From a virus: a stretch of 64,000 nt of DNA. Positions 1 to 9,243 of the stretch are shown here, piece after piece. Location: IMG/VR virus record IMGVR_UViG_3300022916_000008, positions 1 to 64,000 of that record; one strand, 5' to 3'. The notes beneath the pieces were generated by a model. That model was not told where the DNA came from. It worked only from the letters and a program-made list of their open reading frames with translations, and made no database searches. Made by a program: the position numbers and the translations under genes. The first letter of the stretch is position 1; the number at the start of each line of letters is the position of its first letter.

Positions 1-405
1 AGCTGCTGCAAATGTAAGACCTGTTAATATCTTATTCCCTGCCTGACTCTTGCTCCAATCAACATTATGAGTATTACTTGTCATCTTGCCAGTCTTGGTG
101 TCCATAGCCATCTCAGAGCTATCTGAAGCCTTCCTTCCTGATATAGATGTAATCGGTAGGTTATGAACCCTAGTCAGCTCACCTGTCTCAGGATCTCTTA
201 TAACAGGGTGATAATACTTGCCACTAGCATCACGTCTTGGTGGTGGAAATGATTCAAGATAGAACCGATCATCTTCTAATGTTCCATATTGATTCTTCTC
301 ATAACTATCCAGATCCTTTACCCTCATCGGCTTTCTTCTGACAAATGGATTCTTTAGATACCTTTCCCCATCTTGATATTTTGGTAATTGTTTCTTCTTA
401 GCCAT
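1..405 (-). CDS. Virion cargo/ejection protein, N-terminal part (runs off the window)
   Basis: Not in the ORF track. ATG at 405, open to position 1: MAKKKQLPKYQDGERYL... Lies directly after the muzzle gene, as crAss-like cargo genes do. Confidence 0.55.
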   Translation of the reverse strand, partial: MAKKKQLPKYQDGERYLKNPFVRRKPMRVKDLDSYEKNQYGTLEDDRFYLESFPPPRRDASGKYYHPVIRDPETGELTRVHNLPITSISGRKASDSSEMAMDTKTGKMTSNTHNVDWSKSQAGNKILTGLTFAAA

Positions 406-458
406 AACACACAAATTGACCATAGCTTTCACCATAGTCTTTAATTAAACCATTATCT

Positions 459-3400
459 CTATTTATAGCTCTTCTGGAGCATAGCATCATATTTATGCAT
501 ATAAATCTCATATTGTTCTGTAATAGAATTACTGTATACAAACCGTATTACTATATATTTACCTCTAAAGAAACTCTTCTCATACCAGCGCTTACTCGCA
601 TTGATATTACTTGTAATTACCTTAGTGTTATCAGTTAATACTGAAGCATTTGTTCCGGTTGGTATACCTTTATCTTGATTTATTATTTGATTCGCATAAG
701 TAATGACTATGTCCTTAAAGTCATTGAATCTCCATGTACCTTCTGTGCTCTTGACATTAGCAGAACTAAGGTCTATAACACCGCTACACTGATTCTCGCT
801 GTAGATTAACAGCTTTGTAAATGTCTTTCCGTAGTAGTTTGTTCCATTGCTGTCAAATACCTCAGTTATCCACTGGAAAGCATCAAACAGCTTGTTTGTG
901 TCAAGGCTTGTTACCTGACCTGTTGTATAGTCTACACTTGTATTGATTACATACTCCACATAGAATTCATCTGGATTGTTTTGATCATAATACCTACCAT
1001 ACTTATTAGCAGTATTATGCTTATACATTTTTGCCCCTAATGAATAAGTAGGCTTAATGGCTGACATCAAGTTCTTATCATTCCTTAACATCATTGAAGG
1101 GATATAGCTATGATACGACCTCCACTCCTTTGTATTAAGAGAAAAGGTCATTGTCCATGACTTATCCGTAAATAGCCCTGAAGGGTTGGTGTCTAAATCA
1201 TATATGTTCGAATAATCAATTGCGTTCCATGTCGCTAAGGATGCATCGTAGTGAGCCATATAGTAGCCGTCAAGAGGAGAACTGAACTCTATTAACCCTA
1301 AGTCCCCATCGACAAGTACGCCTGTCCCATAGCCCTTAAACTTAAGTATGTCTTTAATCTCCACATCTCTCTTTGACATAATAATCCTATTGTACTTCTG
1401 ATCGTATTCGATATGAATACCGACCCCACCAACATTATTATCAAAGGTAATCTCAGGGTTACTTATACTAATAGATACCTGCGCCTTTAACTTGCTTGGC
1501 AACTCTTCTTTAAACCATATTCCAGCATTCCCTGATATATCATTTAGTTTACCATCATATAAGAATATCTTACCCAATTCTTGATTGACATAAACATATC
1601 CTATTGGTAGTTTTTTACAAGACCATTGGCTTGTACATCCTGCGAATCCATCCTCAGTAATTGCCTGCTCTTGTGGTTCTAATGAAAATAGGTCACCACT
1701 ACCTATATAAGTTGTTATCTCATCCAACTGTAACTTCTTACTTCCAATAGTCTTAAATATTGCCCTTGATGTATTCACAAGAAGTTCATCATTGATATTA
1801 ACTACGTTCCATACCTCTCCTCTTGTACTTGGCATATCATGGTAGTTGTTTACCAAAAAGTTCTTCCAGTTCTCAGCCAACTCTTCCTGTGATGATGCTT
1901 CACTAACCATTAACCTATTTGGAAAGTGCGTGGTTGTTGCTGAAACTAAAGGCGTTGGTATTGCCCTTGCCATATCATTAACAGCACTGTAGTCTATATT
2001 GTAATCAAAGATATTGGCTTGTGTGTCTATATCGTCACTGAGATATGCCGCCCAATCACTGGCATAAGGGCCGTATTTAGGCCAATAAGCTGCATCAGAA
2101 GAAGTGCTCAATGAGTCGGAATACCTAAGCCCTATATTTGAAGTAGCTATACAAGGAAACCAGTATAAATAACGCTCAGAATGTGTTGGATTGCCTTGTG
2201 TTGCTGGAGTAAATGAGCCACTATCCTCTATCGTCCTAAAAGCATAGTCTGTATTAAACACATCACCACCGCCAGTAATTGTCTTTGTATATGTTCCTAA
2301 AACATCAATGTCAATATCATTACCAGTATCATACAACTCTTGTGACTGAAATGGAGAATACATGTCTTGCCTATATACACAAGCATTAGTAAGATAGTAA
2401 TATGGTTCTAAATATGATTCTCCACGCCCTTGCTTTGATATGCCAGGGTATCCTACTGTTGGTACACTAACCTCTCCATAATATCTCCTTTCATGCATGT
2501 CTTCACCTAATAACAAATCATCCTCATGTATAAAGTTTTTCAATGCGCCTATACGTGTATTATCCGATGTAGTATATACATCTGGAACAGGAGCTGTGAT
2601 GTCGTACATGGAATAATAACAATTAAAGACTGAGCCTCCAACCGAAGAATCTCTTCCCTTAAATTTATATAAACATACATTCTCGATATAAGAAGCCATA
2701 GGTGGAAGACTGTTGGTCATCATATCAAAAGAGTGAAAAGCAAATTGGTTATCAGAATCACTATAATAAAGACTTTGGCCAAGAATAGTAGAATTGTTTG
2801 TACTCCTCTTAGCTATATATACATGCATCTTTTCAACCTGGATTTCTATTTCTTCTGGAATAACTATGTTTTCAAGTTTAATGCTACATACAGAAGATGT
2901 CTTTGTTGTTTCATTATACCATCCTCCTGTCTGACATGGCATTTTATGATGTCTTACATTTAGTCCATGTAATGAAGGTGCAACACTTCCTGTCTCATTT
3001 CCTACTCCAGTGAATCCCCATACCTCCCAATTGCCATCTGGATCATTGGCAAGCTCAGGATATTTCTCATTAGCATTTTCCCAAAAACACATTTGCGTTT
3101 TATTGTTTGACGTATCTCTTGTATGGAAGTACTTAATATTACCTGGATCGATTAAGTCATCTGCCTCAAGATAGTTTAATGCTGGATCAAGACTTATTAT
3201 ATCCCTCATTGTAGCATCTTCTGAGAACGTATTTCCCCCCACAGTAATATTTTGAACTTCTCTCCCCGGAACAGGATAAGCATAAGTTCTATTTCCATTT
3301 TTAAGTGTAAACCCTACATATACGGCATAGACTTCGCCAGGCATAAGGCCCTTATTGTTTATAATAAAGACACTATCTTTAAAATTAGTTAATGAATACT

Positions 3401-4502
3401 CTTCATGTTGAGTAGTAGTAAATACAGGAGCAACTGTAATACTGTTTGCATACTTCTGATAGTCTATATCTTCAAAGCCTTCTAGGTTCCCAAAACCTAA
3501 CTTGTCATTTAATGTAAAGATGGTCTTAGCCTTCTTATATGGTGCTGTCTGTGCAAGGTAACTCGTTAGTGGAACTGCAGTATCTGTTTCAAAGCCTGAG
3601 AATATCAGGTTTACGGATGATGATGTGATTGCTACCCTATAAAATAGGTACACGCTCTTCACACTATTGATACGAGATATATATCCAACGTTTAAGAATG
3701 AATATCTTTCATCAATATCCGATATTGTTATTGCTACCGACTTAGTTGTTGTTGTCCCTGCTTCGCATCCATCATACTCATACCATTGAACTGAAGACTT
3801 GTCCTCTGTAATAGTTAGTGGTTTTGTTGGTGAACTGTAATTGGTAAGGCTTGTGTTACCATCTTCGTAAGCAGTAAAGAACTGATAAGCTCCTGAAGAC
3901 AATTGCCCCCCAGAATCATTCACTTCGTCTACTGTTATTGTTGGCACATCATACTCAGGATATACATCTATAAGGGTAAGTTCAGATAAGGTATTTGGAA
4001 TAAGTGTGGCAGGATCTACTCCGCCTTTAAAAGGGAGGTTGTCAAGATTAAGTATACGCATATGATTAAGATCATCTGTCCATGATACTATTATCTCTCC
4101 ATTCTTAATCTTTGCCTTTGCTTGTATTTGATGAAACTGTGAGAATCCCATGTCTGCCCTTAACCTATGTTCATAGACTCCATTATTATGAAGTACTCCT
4201 ATAGAGTCAAGAGCGCCTGTTTGGTAGTCCCCCTCTGTGCTTTTTGTCTTTGCCAAGAACAATACATTTCTTGTCTCATCAACATTGACATTTCCTATGC
4301 ATATAAGGTCTGTAGGAAGTGCTGTAGTGGATGTTTCGGTAGTTCCTGTAATAATCTTAGTAATGAATAAACTAAATCCCTCCTCGTTGCTTACAGAGCC
4401 TATAATCTTATCAAAGTTCGCATTAAGCGCATCAACTGGATATGTATCTGGCTGATTAAGCTTCTTTGCATTAAGAAATAAACCTTTACCAACACTCTTC
4501 AT
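459..4502 (-). CDS. Tail muzzle / tail stabilization protein (crAss-like)
   Basis: 1347 aa, beta-rich. Has the GEVYAxYxxF, VRHHKMP, WxSYHSYxP and FRGKY motifs typical of crAss-like muzzle proteins; follows the ring protein gene. Confidence 0.8.
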   Translation of the reverse strand: MKSVGKGLFLNAKKLNQPDTYPVDALNANFDKIIGSVSNEEGFSLFITKIITGTTETSTTALPTDLICIGNVNVDETRNVLFLAKTKSTEGDYQTGALDSIGVLHNNGVYEHRLRADMGFSQFHQIQAKAKIKNGEIIVSWTDDLNHMRILNLDNLPFKGGVDPATLIPNTLSELTLIDVYPEYDVPTITVDEVNDSGGQLSSGAYQFFTAYEDGNTSLTNYSSPTKPLTITEDKSSVQWYEYDGCEAGTTTTKSVAITISDIDERYSFLNVGYISRINSVKSVYLFYRVAITSSSVNLIFSGFETDTAVPLTSYLAQTAPYKKAKTIFTLNDKLGFGNLEGFEDIDYQKYANSITVAPVFTTTQHEEYSLTNFKDSVFIINNKGLMPGEVYAVYVGFTLKNGNRTYAYPVPGREVQNITVGGNTFSEDATMRDIISLDPALNYLEADDLIDPGNIKYFHTRDTSNNKTQMCFWENANEKYPELANDPDGNWEVWGFTGVGNETGSVAPSLHGLNVRHHKMPCQTGGWYNETTKTSSVCSIKLENIVIPEEIEIQVEKMHVYIAKRSTNNSTILGQSLYYSDSDNQFAFHSFDMMTNSLPPMASYIENVCLYKFKGRDSSVGGSVFNCYYSMYDITAPVPDVYTTSDNTRIGALKNFIHEDDLLLGEDMHERRYYGEVSVPTVGYPGISKQGRGESYLEPYYYLTNACVYRQDMYSPFQSQELYDTGNDIDIDVLGTYTKTITGGGDVFNTDYAFRTIEDSGSFTPATQGNPTHSERYLYWFPCIATSNIGLRYSDSLSTSSDAAYWPKYGPYASDWAAYLSDDIDTQANIFDYNIDYSAVNDMARAIPTPLVSATTTHFPNRLMVSEASSQEELAENWKNFLVNNYHDMPSTRGEVWNVVNINDELLVNTSRAIFKTIGSKKLQLDEITTYIGSGDLFSLEPQEQAITEDGFAGCTSQWSCKKLPIGYVYVNQELGKIFLYDGKLNDISGNAGIWFKEELPSKLKAQVSISISNPEITFDNNVGGVGIHIEYDQKYNRIIMSKRDVEIKDILKFKGYGTGVLVDGDLGLIEFSSPLDGYYMAHYDASLATWNAIDYSNIYDLDTNPSGLFTDKSWTMTFSLNTKEWRSYHSYIPSMMLRNDKNLMSAIKPTYSLGAKMYKHNTANKYGRYYDQNNPDEFYVEYVINTSVDYTTGQVTSLDTNKLFDAFQWITEVFDSNGTNYYGKTFTKLLIYSENQCSGVIDLSSANVKSTEGTWRFNDFKDIVITYANQIINQDKGIPTGTNASVLTDNTKVITSNINASKRWYEKSFFRGKYIVIRFVYSNSITEQYEIYMHKYDAMLQKSYK

Positions 4503-5458
4503 TAGAATTCATTATTAAAGAAGTTTTGTGCTCTATCAAGTACAGCTAAAGGACGCATCCATCTCTTAGTGAATACATCTGTCTGATCAATATTCCACAT
4601 CTGCGCATTTGATCTTGCCATATCTCTGTACTTCATCCATTCAGCCTTACATGTTCTTAAATCTTCTTCTGGAAACTTATAGCCTCTCTGGATCATTCTT
4701 ACTTTGACATAATACTCAAGTGCCCATAGATACATCTCGTCATCTGGTACTTTGTAATAACCCTTACTATCTGTAGGGATAGCATCATATGACATATCTA
4801 CTGTGCCTGACTCGAAGTTAGTCATTATATAGCCCGGATTAATCTGATAAGTATACAGGTAAGGTGAACTTGTAGGAGTTGATAACCCCCCTGCATTCAA
4901 CTCTCCAACATCTGTAGACACATTCGTCCAATTGACACCGGAATAGTCAATGGTTGAAAGATCTGTTGCTGCTAAAGTAAAACCTGATCGCTTATAGTAG
5001 TTGCCTATTATGCCTCCTGCTGTATGTCCTGGTGCTACCTTAACAATCATGTTAATGTTAATGACCTGAATCCCATCTGTGGAAGTATAATCTGCTATAA
5101 TGTTGTCAAGATTAGTATTGTACCTAACAACTGTGTCTGCTTCGAAAACACTACTACGATCATTGACACATTCTTCACATAGTAGGTACTGATACTTAAA
5201 GGTGCGGCTGGACCATGTTAAAGGCCAACCATTGTAACATATCTGCCTAAGACGAAAGAAATCACAAGGTAGTTCGACCCTGTGATCTGCTATCGTCAAT
5301 TGTTTAGTAACCATCTCAAGGGTTCCATGAGCTCCGATCTCTCGTATAGCCCATCCTATAAACTCATATATATTCAAGTATTCATTGTCGTCATCCAAGT
5401 TAAGGGTTAGACTTATCCTGGAATATACATGATCGATTGAGACAGTTTCGTAAATCAT
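4502..5458 (-). CDS. Tail ring / tubular protein with an inserted module
   Basis: HRVELPCDF and YIMTNFESGTVDMSYDAIPTDSKGYYKVPD motifs; sits immediately upstream of the muzzle gene. Confidence 0.8.
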   Translation of the reverse strand: MIYETVSIDHVYSRISLTLNLDDDNEYLNIYEFIGWAIREIGAHGTLEMVTKQLTIADHRVELPCDFFRLRQICYNGWPLTWSSRTFKYQYLLCEECVNDRSSVFEADTVVRYNTNLDNIIADYTSTDGIQVININMIVKVAPGHTAGGIIGNYYKRSGFTLAATDLSTIDYSGVNWTNVSTDVGELNAGGLSTPTSSPYLYTYQINPGYIMTNFESGTVDMSYDAIPTDSKGYYKVPDDEMYLWALEYYVKVRMIQRGYKFPEEDLRTCKAEWMKYRDMARSNAQMWNIDQTDVFTKRWMRPLAVLDRAQNFFNNEF

Positions 5459-5761
5459 TTAATTACCTTCAAGTGTATTGAAAACAAATCCTATTACTTC
5501 TGGCATTGCATAGACCTCACCAATCCTTTTCTTGATTTCTGTGATCTCCTCTGCCGTCAACTCTCCTTCGCTCTTCATGGTGCTAATCTTCTGAGCCATA
5601 TTGTAACGCTTGAACTTCTGCTCGCCTGTTATCTTTTGATCTGACTCTGCTGCTGTTAAAGCAGTAATGATTGCATCCTTTACGGTCATGTTCTTTCCAT
5701 CTGCATCAGGAATCTTGTTTCCATTCAGAAGGACGATCTCTTTCTCTAGTTGTACTTTCAT
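5459..5761 (-). CDS. Small helical protein, possible tail fibre chaperone
   Basis: 100 aa, KFKRYxxAxKI...ELTAEEITEIKxxIG; follows a fibre-like gene. Confidence 0.45.
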   Translation of the reverse strand: MKVQLEKEIVLLNGNKIPDADGKNMTVKDAIITALTAAESDQKITGEQKFKRYNMAQKISTMKSEGELTAEEITEIKKRIGEVYAMPEVIGFVFNTLEGN

Positions 5762-5788
5762 ATCTCTATTTTAATTTGGTTACTAATT

Positions 5789-6823
5789 CTAAGCCACTAC
5801 AGGCTGTGTTCCTCCAACACCAGCTCCAACTCCAATGATATACCATTTGCCATTGGTAAATATAAAGTCTACACTATCACCAGCAGCCAATAAGGTCACA
5901 TTGGTATACTCTGCACTTGCAGGAGCAATAACACATGATCCACCATCTGATACGTGAATACATGTCAGTCTTTGCCCTTCTATGCCATTGGCAATAGTCA
6001 TTGCATCTGCGCCTGTACTTGTTAGCTCTGCAATAGGTTGTGTTATAGGAATTGCGCCTGCTCCTGAACGAGTAGCTGTTCCTCCAAACACAATGTTTCC
6101 TGCTGTTGCGTTAATGGCTATTCCACTACCTGCGTTAATATTAAGAGCCGAGCCTGTTGTAAGGGATGCTGCTTGGATGTCAAGCATTAATCCTACTGTT
6201 GCTCCTGTACCGTCAAGGTGTAACAAAGAGGCTGCTGCGGTCATTCCTGCTCCGCCACCTGTGATGATCATTAAGTCACCATCAACCTGATTAGTTGCAG
6301 TAAGCGAGATAACACCTGTAGCTCCAACATAAGCGCCAGTAGTGCTAACAGCTAGTGCTGTACCAAGAGTGGCTGCTCCGGCACTAATATTAAGGACACC
6401 ACCTGCTGCAGTTGCAGTTGCTCCACCACCTGTGAGTTTTGCAACCCATCCAGTAGTAAGTCCTGTAGCCGAAACACGAATAATACCTGCTGATGTTGTT
6501 GCTGAATCAGCCTGACAAAGTAGTAATTCACCGTTTGTTGTAATTGCACTAGAAGATGTAAGAGACAACCCTGTACCTGTTGTTAGTGCATCAAAACTCC
6601 CATCGATACCTGTACCTGTAGTTAATGAGTCACAAGTAAATGGGAACACTGTGCTTGTTGTAGCATCAGAAGTAATAATAAACTGCTCTGTACCTGATAG
6701 GGTAAAAGTAGCTGTATCTAATGAAGAAAACATCGAGTCAATGAGGTCCGTCCAGATCCTTTGTGTCTGTGTATCCCCATGAACGAACATTTGTTTTAAA
6801 TTAAGTTTTGTTTGTACTGTCAT
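5789..6823 (-). CDS. Fibre/spike-like structural protein
   Basis: G/A/T-rich beta repeats (LTTGTGL, LTTGSAL). ATG at 6823 preferred over the TTG at 6841. Confidence 0.6.
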   Translation of the reverse strand: MTVQTKLNLKQMFVHGDTQTQRIWTDLIDSMFSSLDTATFTLSGTEQFIITSDATTSTVFPFTCDSLTTGTGIDGSFDALTTGTGLSLTSSSAITTNGELLLCQADSATTSAGIIRVSATGLTTGWVAKLTGGGATATAAGGVLNISAGAATLGTALAVSTTGAYVGATGVISLTATNQVDGDLMIITGGGAGMTAAASLLHLDGTGATVGLMLDIQAASLTTGSALNINAGSGIAINATAGNIVFGGTATRSGAGAIPITQPIAELTSTGADAMTIANGIEGQRLTCIHVSDGGSCVIAPASAEYTNVTLLAAGDSVDFIFTNGKWYIIGVGAGVGGTQPVVA

Positions 6824-6898
6824 TGTTTTGTTATTAAACAATTTGATTGAATAATCATATAAAATCTATTATGTGCTACCGCGCTATGTTCTCCTGTT

Positions 6899-7531
6899 CT
6901 AAAGTATGTCTGAACTAATAATATTATCTATTCTCTTTACTTTTCTATTCTCCTTAATGATGTCAAAGTTAAATACTTTTCTTGCAGAAAACAAAATGCT
7001 CTTGTCTGTAAAGTATCCAACTGTATATTCCATACCCTTTTTCGTTTGCCATCCACCATGTATTCCAACAGCAAACCCAGGCTTTATCATTGCATCTACT
7101 CCTATTGTCGGACCAGACTTCCATTTACTTATTGTTATTGTCTCAACGGTCTTATATGGCAACAACCACTTGTATGATAGCTGTCTGTCCATAAGCGTTC
7201 CCCACACGAATATGTCTCCGTAAATTTCAATGGAATCATTACCGTCTTGTATCTTATATCTCCTGACGCTATCACATTGACCTTCCAGATATACCAATGA
7301 TGTGTCATACTCTTTGTAGTACACTGAATTCTCATTAGTAGTATATACGTTTTGTGTTATATGGATAGTAGTGTCATAGTAGTGATTGATAACAATGGTA
7401 GTATCTGAGCCATTTAAAGAGCCGTCAGTGGACGATAGCCTTTTGGATACTAAAATACCCGATACAAATAAGATCGTGGCTATGAGTACCGCTAAAAGGC
7501 TTGTAACTAATATGTTCTTGTACTTACTCAT
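6899..7531 (-). CDS. Membrane-anchored lysis protein (spanin-like)
   Basis: N-terminal TM helix, DTT repeats and C-terminal beta strands; follows the endolysin and holin genes. Confidence 0.5.
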   Translation of the reverse strand: MSKYKNILVTSLLAVLIATILFVSGILVSKRLSSTDGSLNGSDTTIVINHYYDTTIHITQNVYTTNENSVYYKEYDTSLVYLEGQCDSVRRYKIQDGNDSIEIYGDIFVWGTLMDRQLSYKWLLPYKTVETITISKWKSGPTIGVDAMIKPGFAVGIHGGWQTKKGMEYTVGYFTDKSILFSARKVFNFDIIKENRKVKRIDNIISSDIL

Positions 7532-7791
7532 TCTATCACATCTTTTTCAATTGTTTCTTCACTTATGGGATCTGCTTTGGAAACGGTATTCTCTCCCCAT
7601 ATCTTTTGTGCAACCTTTCCTGTTACAAAGACACCGATAAATGCTGCAATACCATACCAGTCAATATCATCACCTCTAATAGACCGTATCGTTGTTATCG
7701 CAAACACATTCACACAAGCAAGGACTAACATAATCCTCATAGTACTTGACTTAGTACCTTCTTTCCAGAAATCCCAAAACTTATAACTCAT
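7528..7791 (-). CDS. Putative holin
   Basis: 87 aa, SSxR motif, two TM segments, charged tail; adjacent to the endolysin. Confidence 0.65.
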   Translation of the reverse strand: MSYKFWDFWKEGTKSSTMRIMLVLACVNVFAITTIRSIRGDDIDWYGIAAFIGVFVTGKVAQKIWGENTVSKADPISEETIEKDVIE

Positions 7792-8207
7792 GATATCCTC
7801 CTATATTCAAGTAAACGTTCTTTCTTATATCCCATGATACATACTCGGTTCCCTTGATTGCCTCCAAGGATATAGATATACCCCTGATACTCCCTCACAA
7901 AGAAGCCAACGTGTCCATAAGCAGAATTCTTACCTTTCCTCCATAAAACAACTATGTCGCCTTGACGTGGACTTGTGACCTCATCACCAAGACTAAGGAA
8001 TGATCTCGCATTCAACTTACCTGTATGTGGTAGTCCAGATAGTTTTAACATAGCGTTTACAAAACATGCACACCATGCTAATTCATCGTCCTTTACCCAT
8101 GAATGTCCAATATCAGCAAACCATTGTACTATAGTAGGATTGTCTACTTCTCCAACAATCTCCCTCTCTCCGTAGAAGCTAAGTGCTAATTCAAATGCTT
8201 TATTCAT
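7788..8207 (-). CDS. Endolysin, TIGR02594-type NlpC/P60-CHAP-like peptidoglycan hydrolase
   Basis: DDELAWCACFVN, ARSFL, GDIVV, GHVGF and ILGGNQ motifs. Likely start is MNKAF at 8207. Confidence 0.85.
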   Translation of the reverse strand: MNKAFELALSFYGEREIVGEVDNPTIVQWFADIGHSWVKDDELAWCACFVNAMLKLSGLPHTGKLNARSFLSLGDEVTSPRQGDIVVLWRKGKNSAYGHVGFFVREYQGYIYILGGNQGNRVCIMGYKKERLLEYRRIS

Positions 8208-8623
8208 ATCATTGTTATTACAGCGCCTATAAGAGATGCTACTAGCCCGAAAAACTTTATTGGAAGAATGTTCCTGCCAAACCACTTTTCTGTCTTGCTG
8301 TTGCCCTGATGATCCCAAGGGAGCCCTCTTCGCCAGTTCTCTCCTATATCAAATGCTGGCCAAAAGAAGAACGCAGATGTAAAGCATACAAACATGAAAT
8401 TTAAACCAATCTTCCAATCCTGTTGTAGATAAGTCAGTAACAGTGGATAGATAACAACTACTGCTGAGAATATGAATCCCCAGGCATGCCAGCGATCAAC
8501 ATCTTTCTCATTGTTGATATTGTCTTTCCATCTTTCAATTGCCCAATAGTCACGATTGATTCTAGCTACCAATACAAGTAATATGTAAAGGATGAATGTT
8601 AAGATGATCTGTGTCTGTGTCAT
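8204..8623 (-). CDS. Multi-pass membrane protein
   Basis: 139 aa with about 4 hydrophobic segments; in the lysis cluster. Confidence 0.55.
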   Translation of the reverse strand: MTQTQIILTFILYILLVLVARINRDYWAIERWKDNINNEKDVDRWHAWGFIFSAVVVIYPLLLTYLQQDWKIGLNFMFVCFTSAFFFWPAFDIGENWRRGLPWDHQGNSKTEKWFGRNILPIKFFGLVASLIGAVITMI

Positions 8624-8625
8624 AG

Positions 8626-8802
8626 CTATTTGTTTTCAAGTGAACGAAAGATTCCAAAAGCAATAACTGTTAATACAGCCTCGCTAATAACATATCCAAT
8701 GATATACTTCTCTACAGAAGCCATCTCAATTATCAGTGGAAGAAAGAAACATACTGCCCATAACAACAGTACAATCATTTGTGGTACATTAATCTTTTTC
8801 AT
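8626..8802 (-). CDS. Small two-TM membrane protein (58 aa)
   Basis: Read by hand: MKKINVPQMIVLLLWAVCFFLPL...; fills the gap in the operon. Confidence 0.5.
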   Translation of the reverse strand: MKKINVPQMIVLLLWAVCFFLPLIIEMASVEKYIIGYVISEAVLTVIAFGIFRSLENK

Positions 8803-8809
8803 AATCTCG

Positions 8810-9232
8810 CTATTTATTTAGTCCGTTATCAATTAAAATATCTAATTTACTTTCTATACTATTAAACCTCCGATTGTAAAAGATATCTCTTAGTTCCTGA
8901 TCTTTCTCATAAAATGCCCAAAATGCTTTGTTATTAACCTGACCTAGATTAAAATATCCTGTCATACTATCAACAACACTATATACAACGTTTATGTCAG
9001 CACTACTGGCTTTATTAGATTTTAGCTCATGTATTTGGTTACTATGAACTTCTAATAAACCATCCTGCGAAACATTGCATTCTGTATTAACTTTTACCTG
9101 TTGGGTTTGCGTTTTACTCTTAGTTACAATACCAGCACTAAAGCTGAATACAATGCCAATTGCAATACCCACAACTTTAATCCAGAAGCTTTCTGTTAGT
9201 TTGGCTCGAAATGTTTTCTTCTCGTTTGTCAT
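8810..9232 (-). CDS. Single-TM coiled-coil protein (holin/antiholin-like)
   Basis: N-terminal TM helix and C-terminal IESKLDIL heptads. Confidence 0.45.
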   Translation of the reverse strand: MTNEKKTFRAKLTESFWIKVVGIAIGIVFSFSAGIVTKSKTQTQQVKVNTECNVSQDGLLEVHSNQIHELKSNKASSADINVVYSVVDSMTGYFNLGQVNNKAFWAFYEKDQELRDIFYNRRFNSIESKLDILIDNGLNK

Positions 9233-9243
9233 CAGTCTTTTGT

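Noticed and set aside
8753-8764. ACTGCCCATAAC is complementary to GTTATGGGCAGT at the end of attC-like site 3
   Set aside because: It lies 35 kb away inside a coding region with no adjacent palindrome; probably chance.
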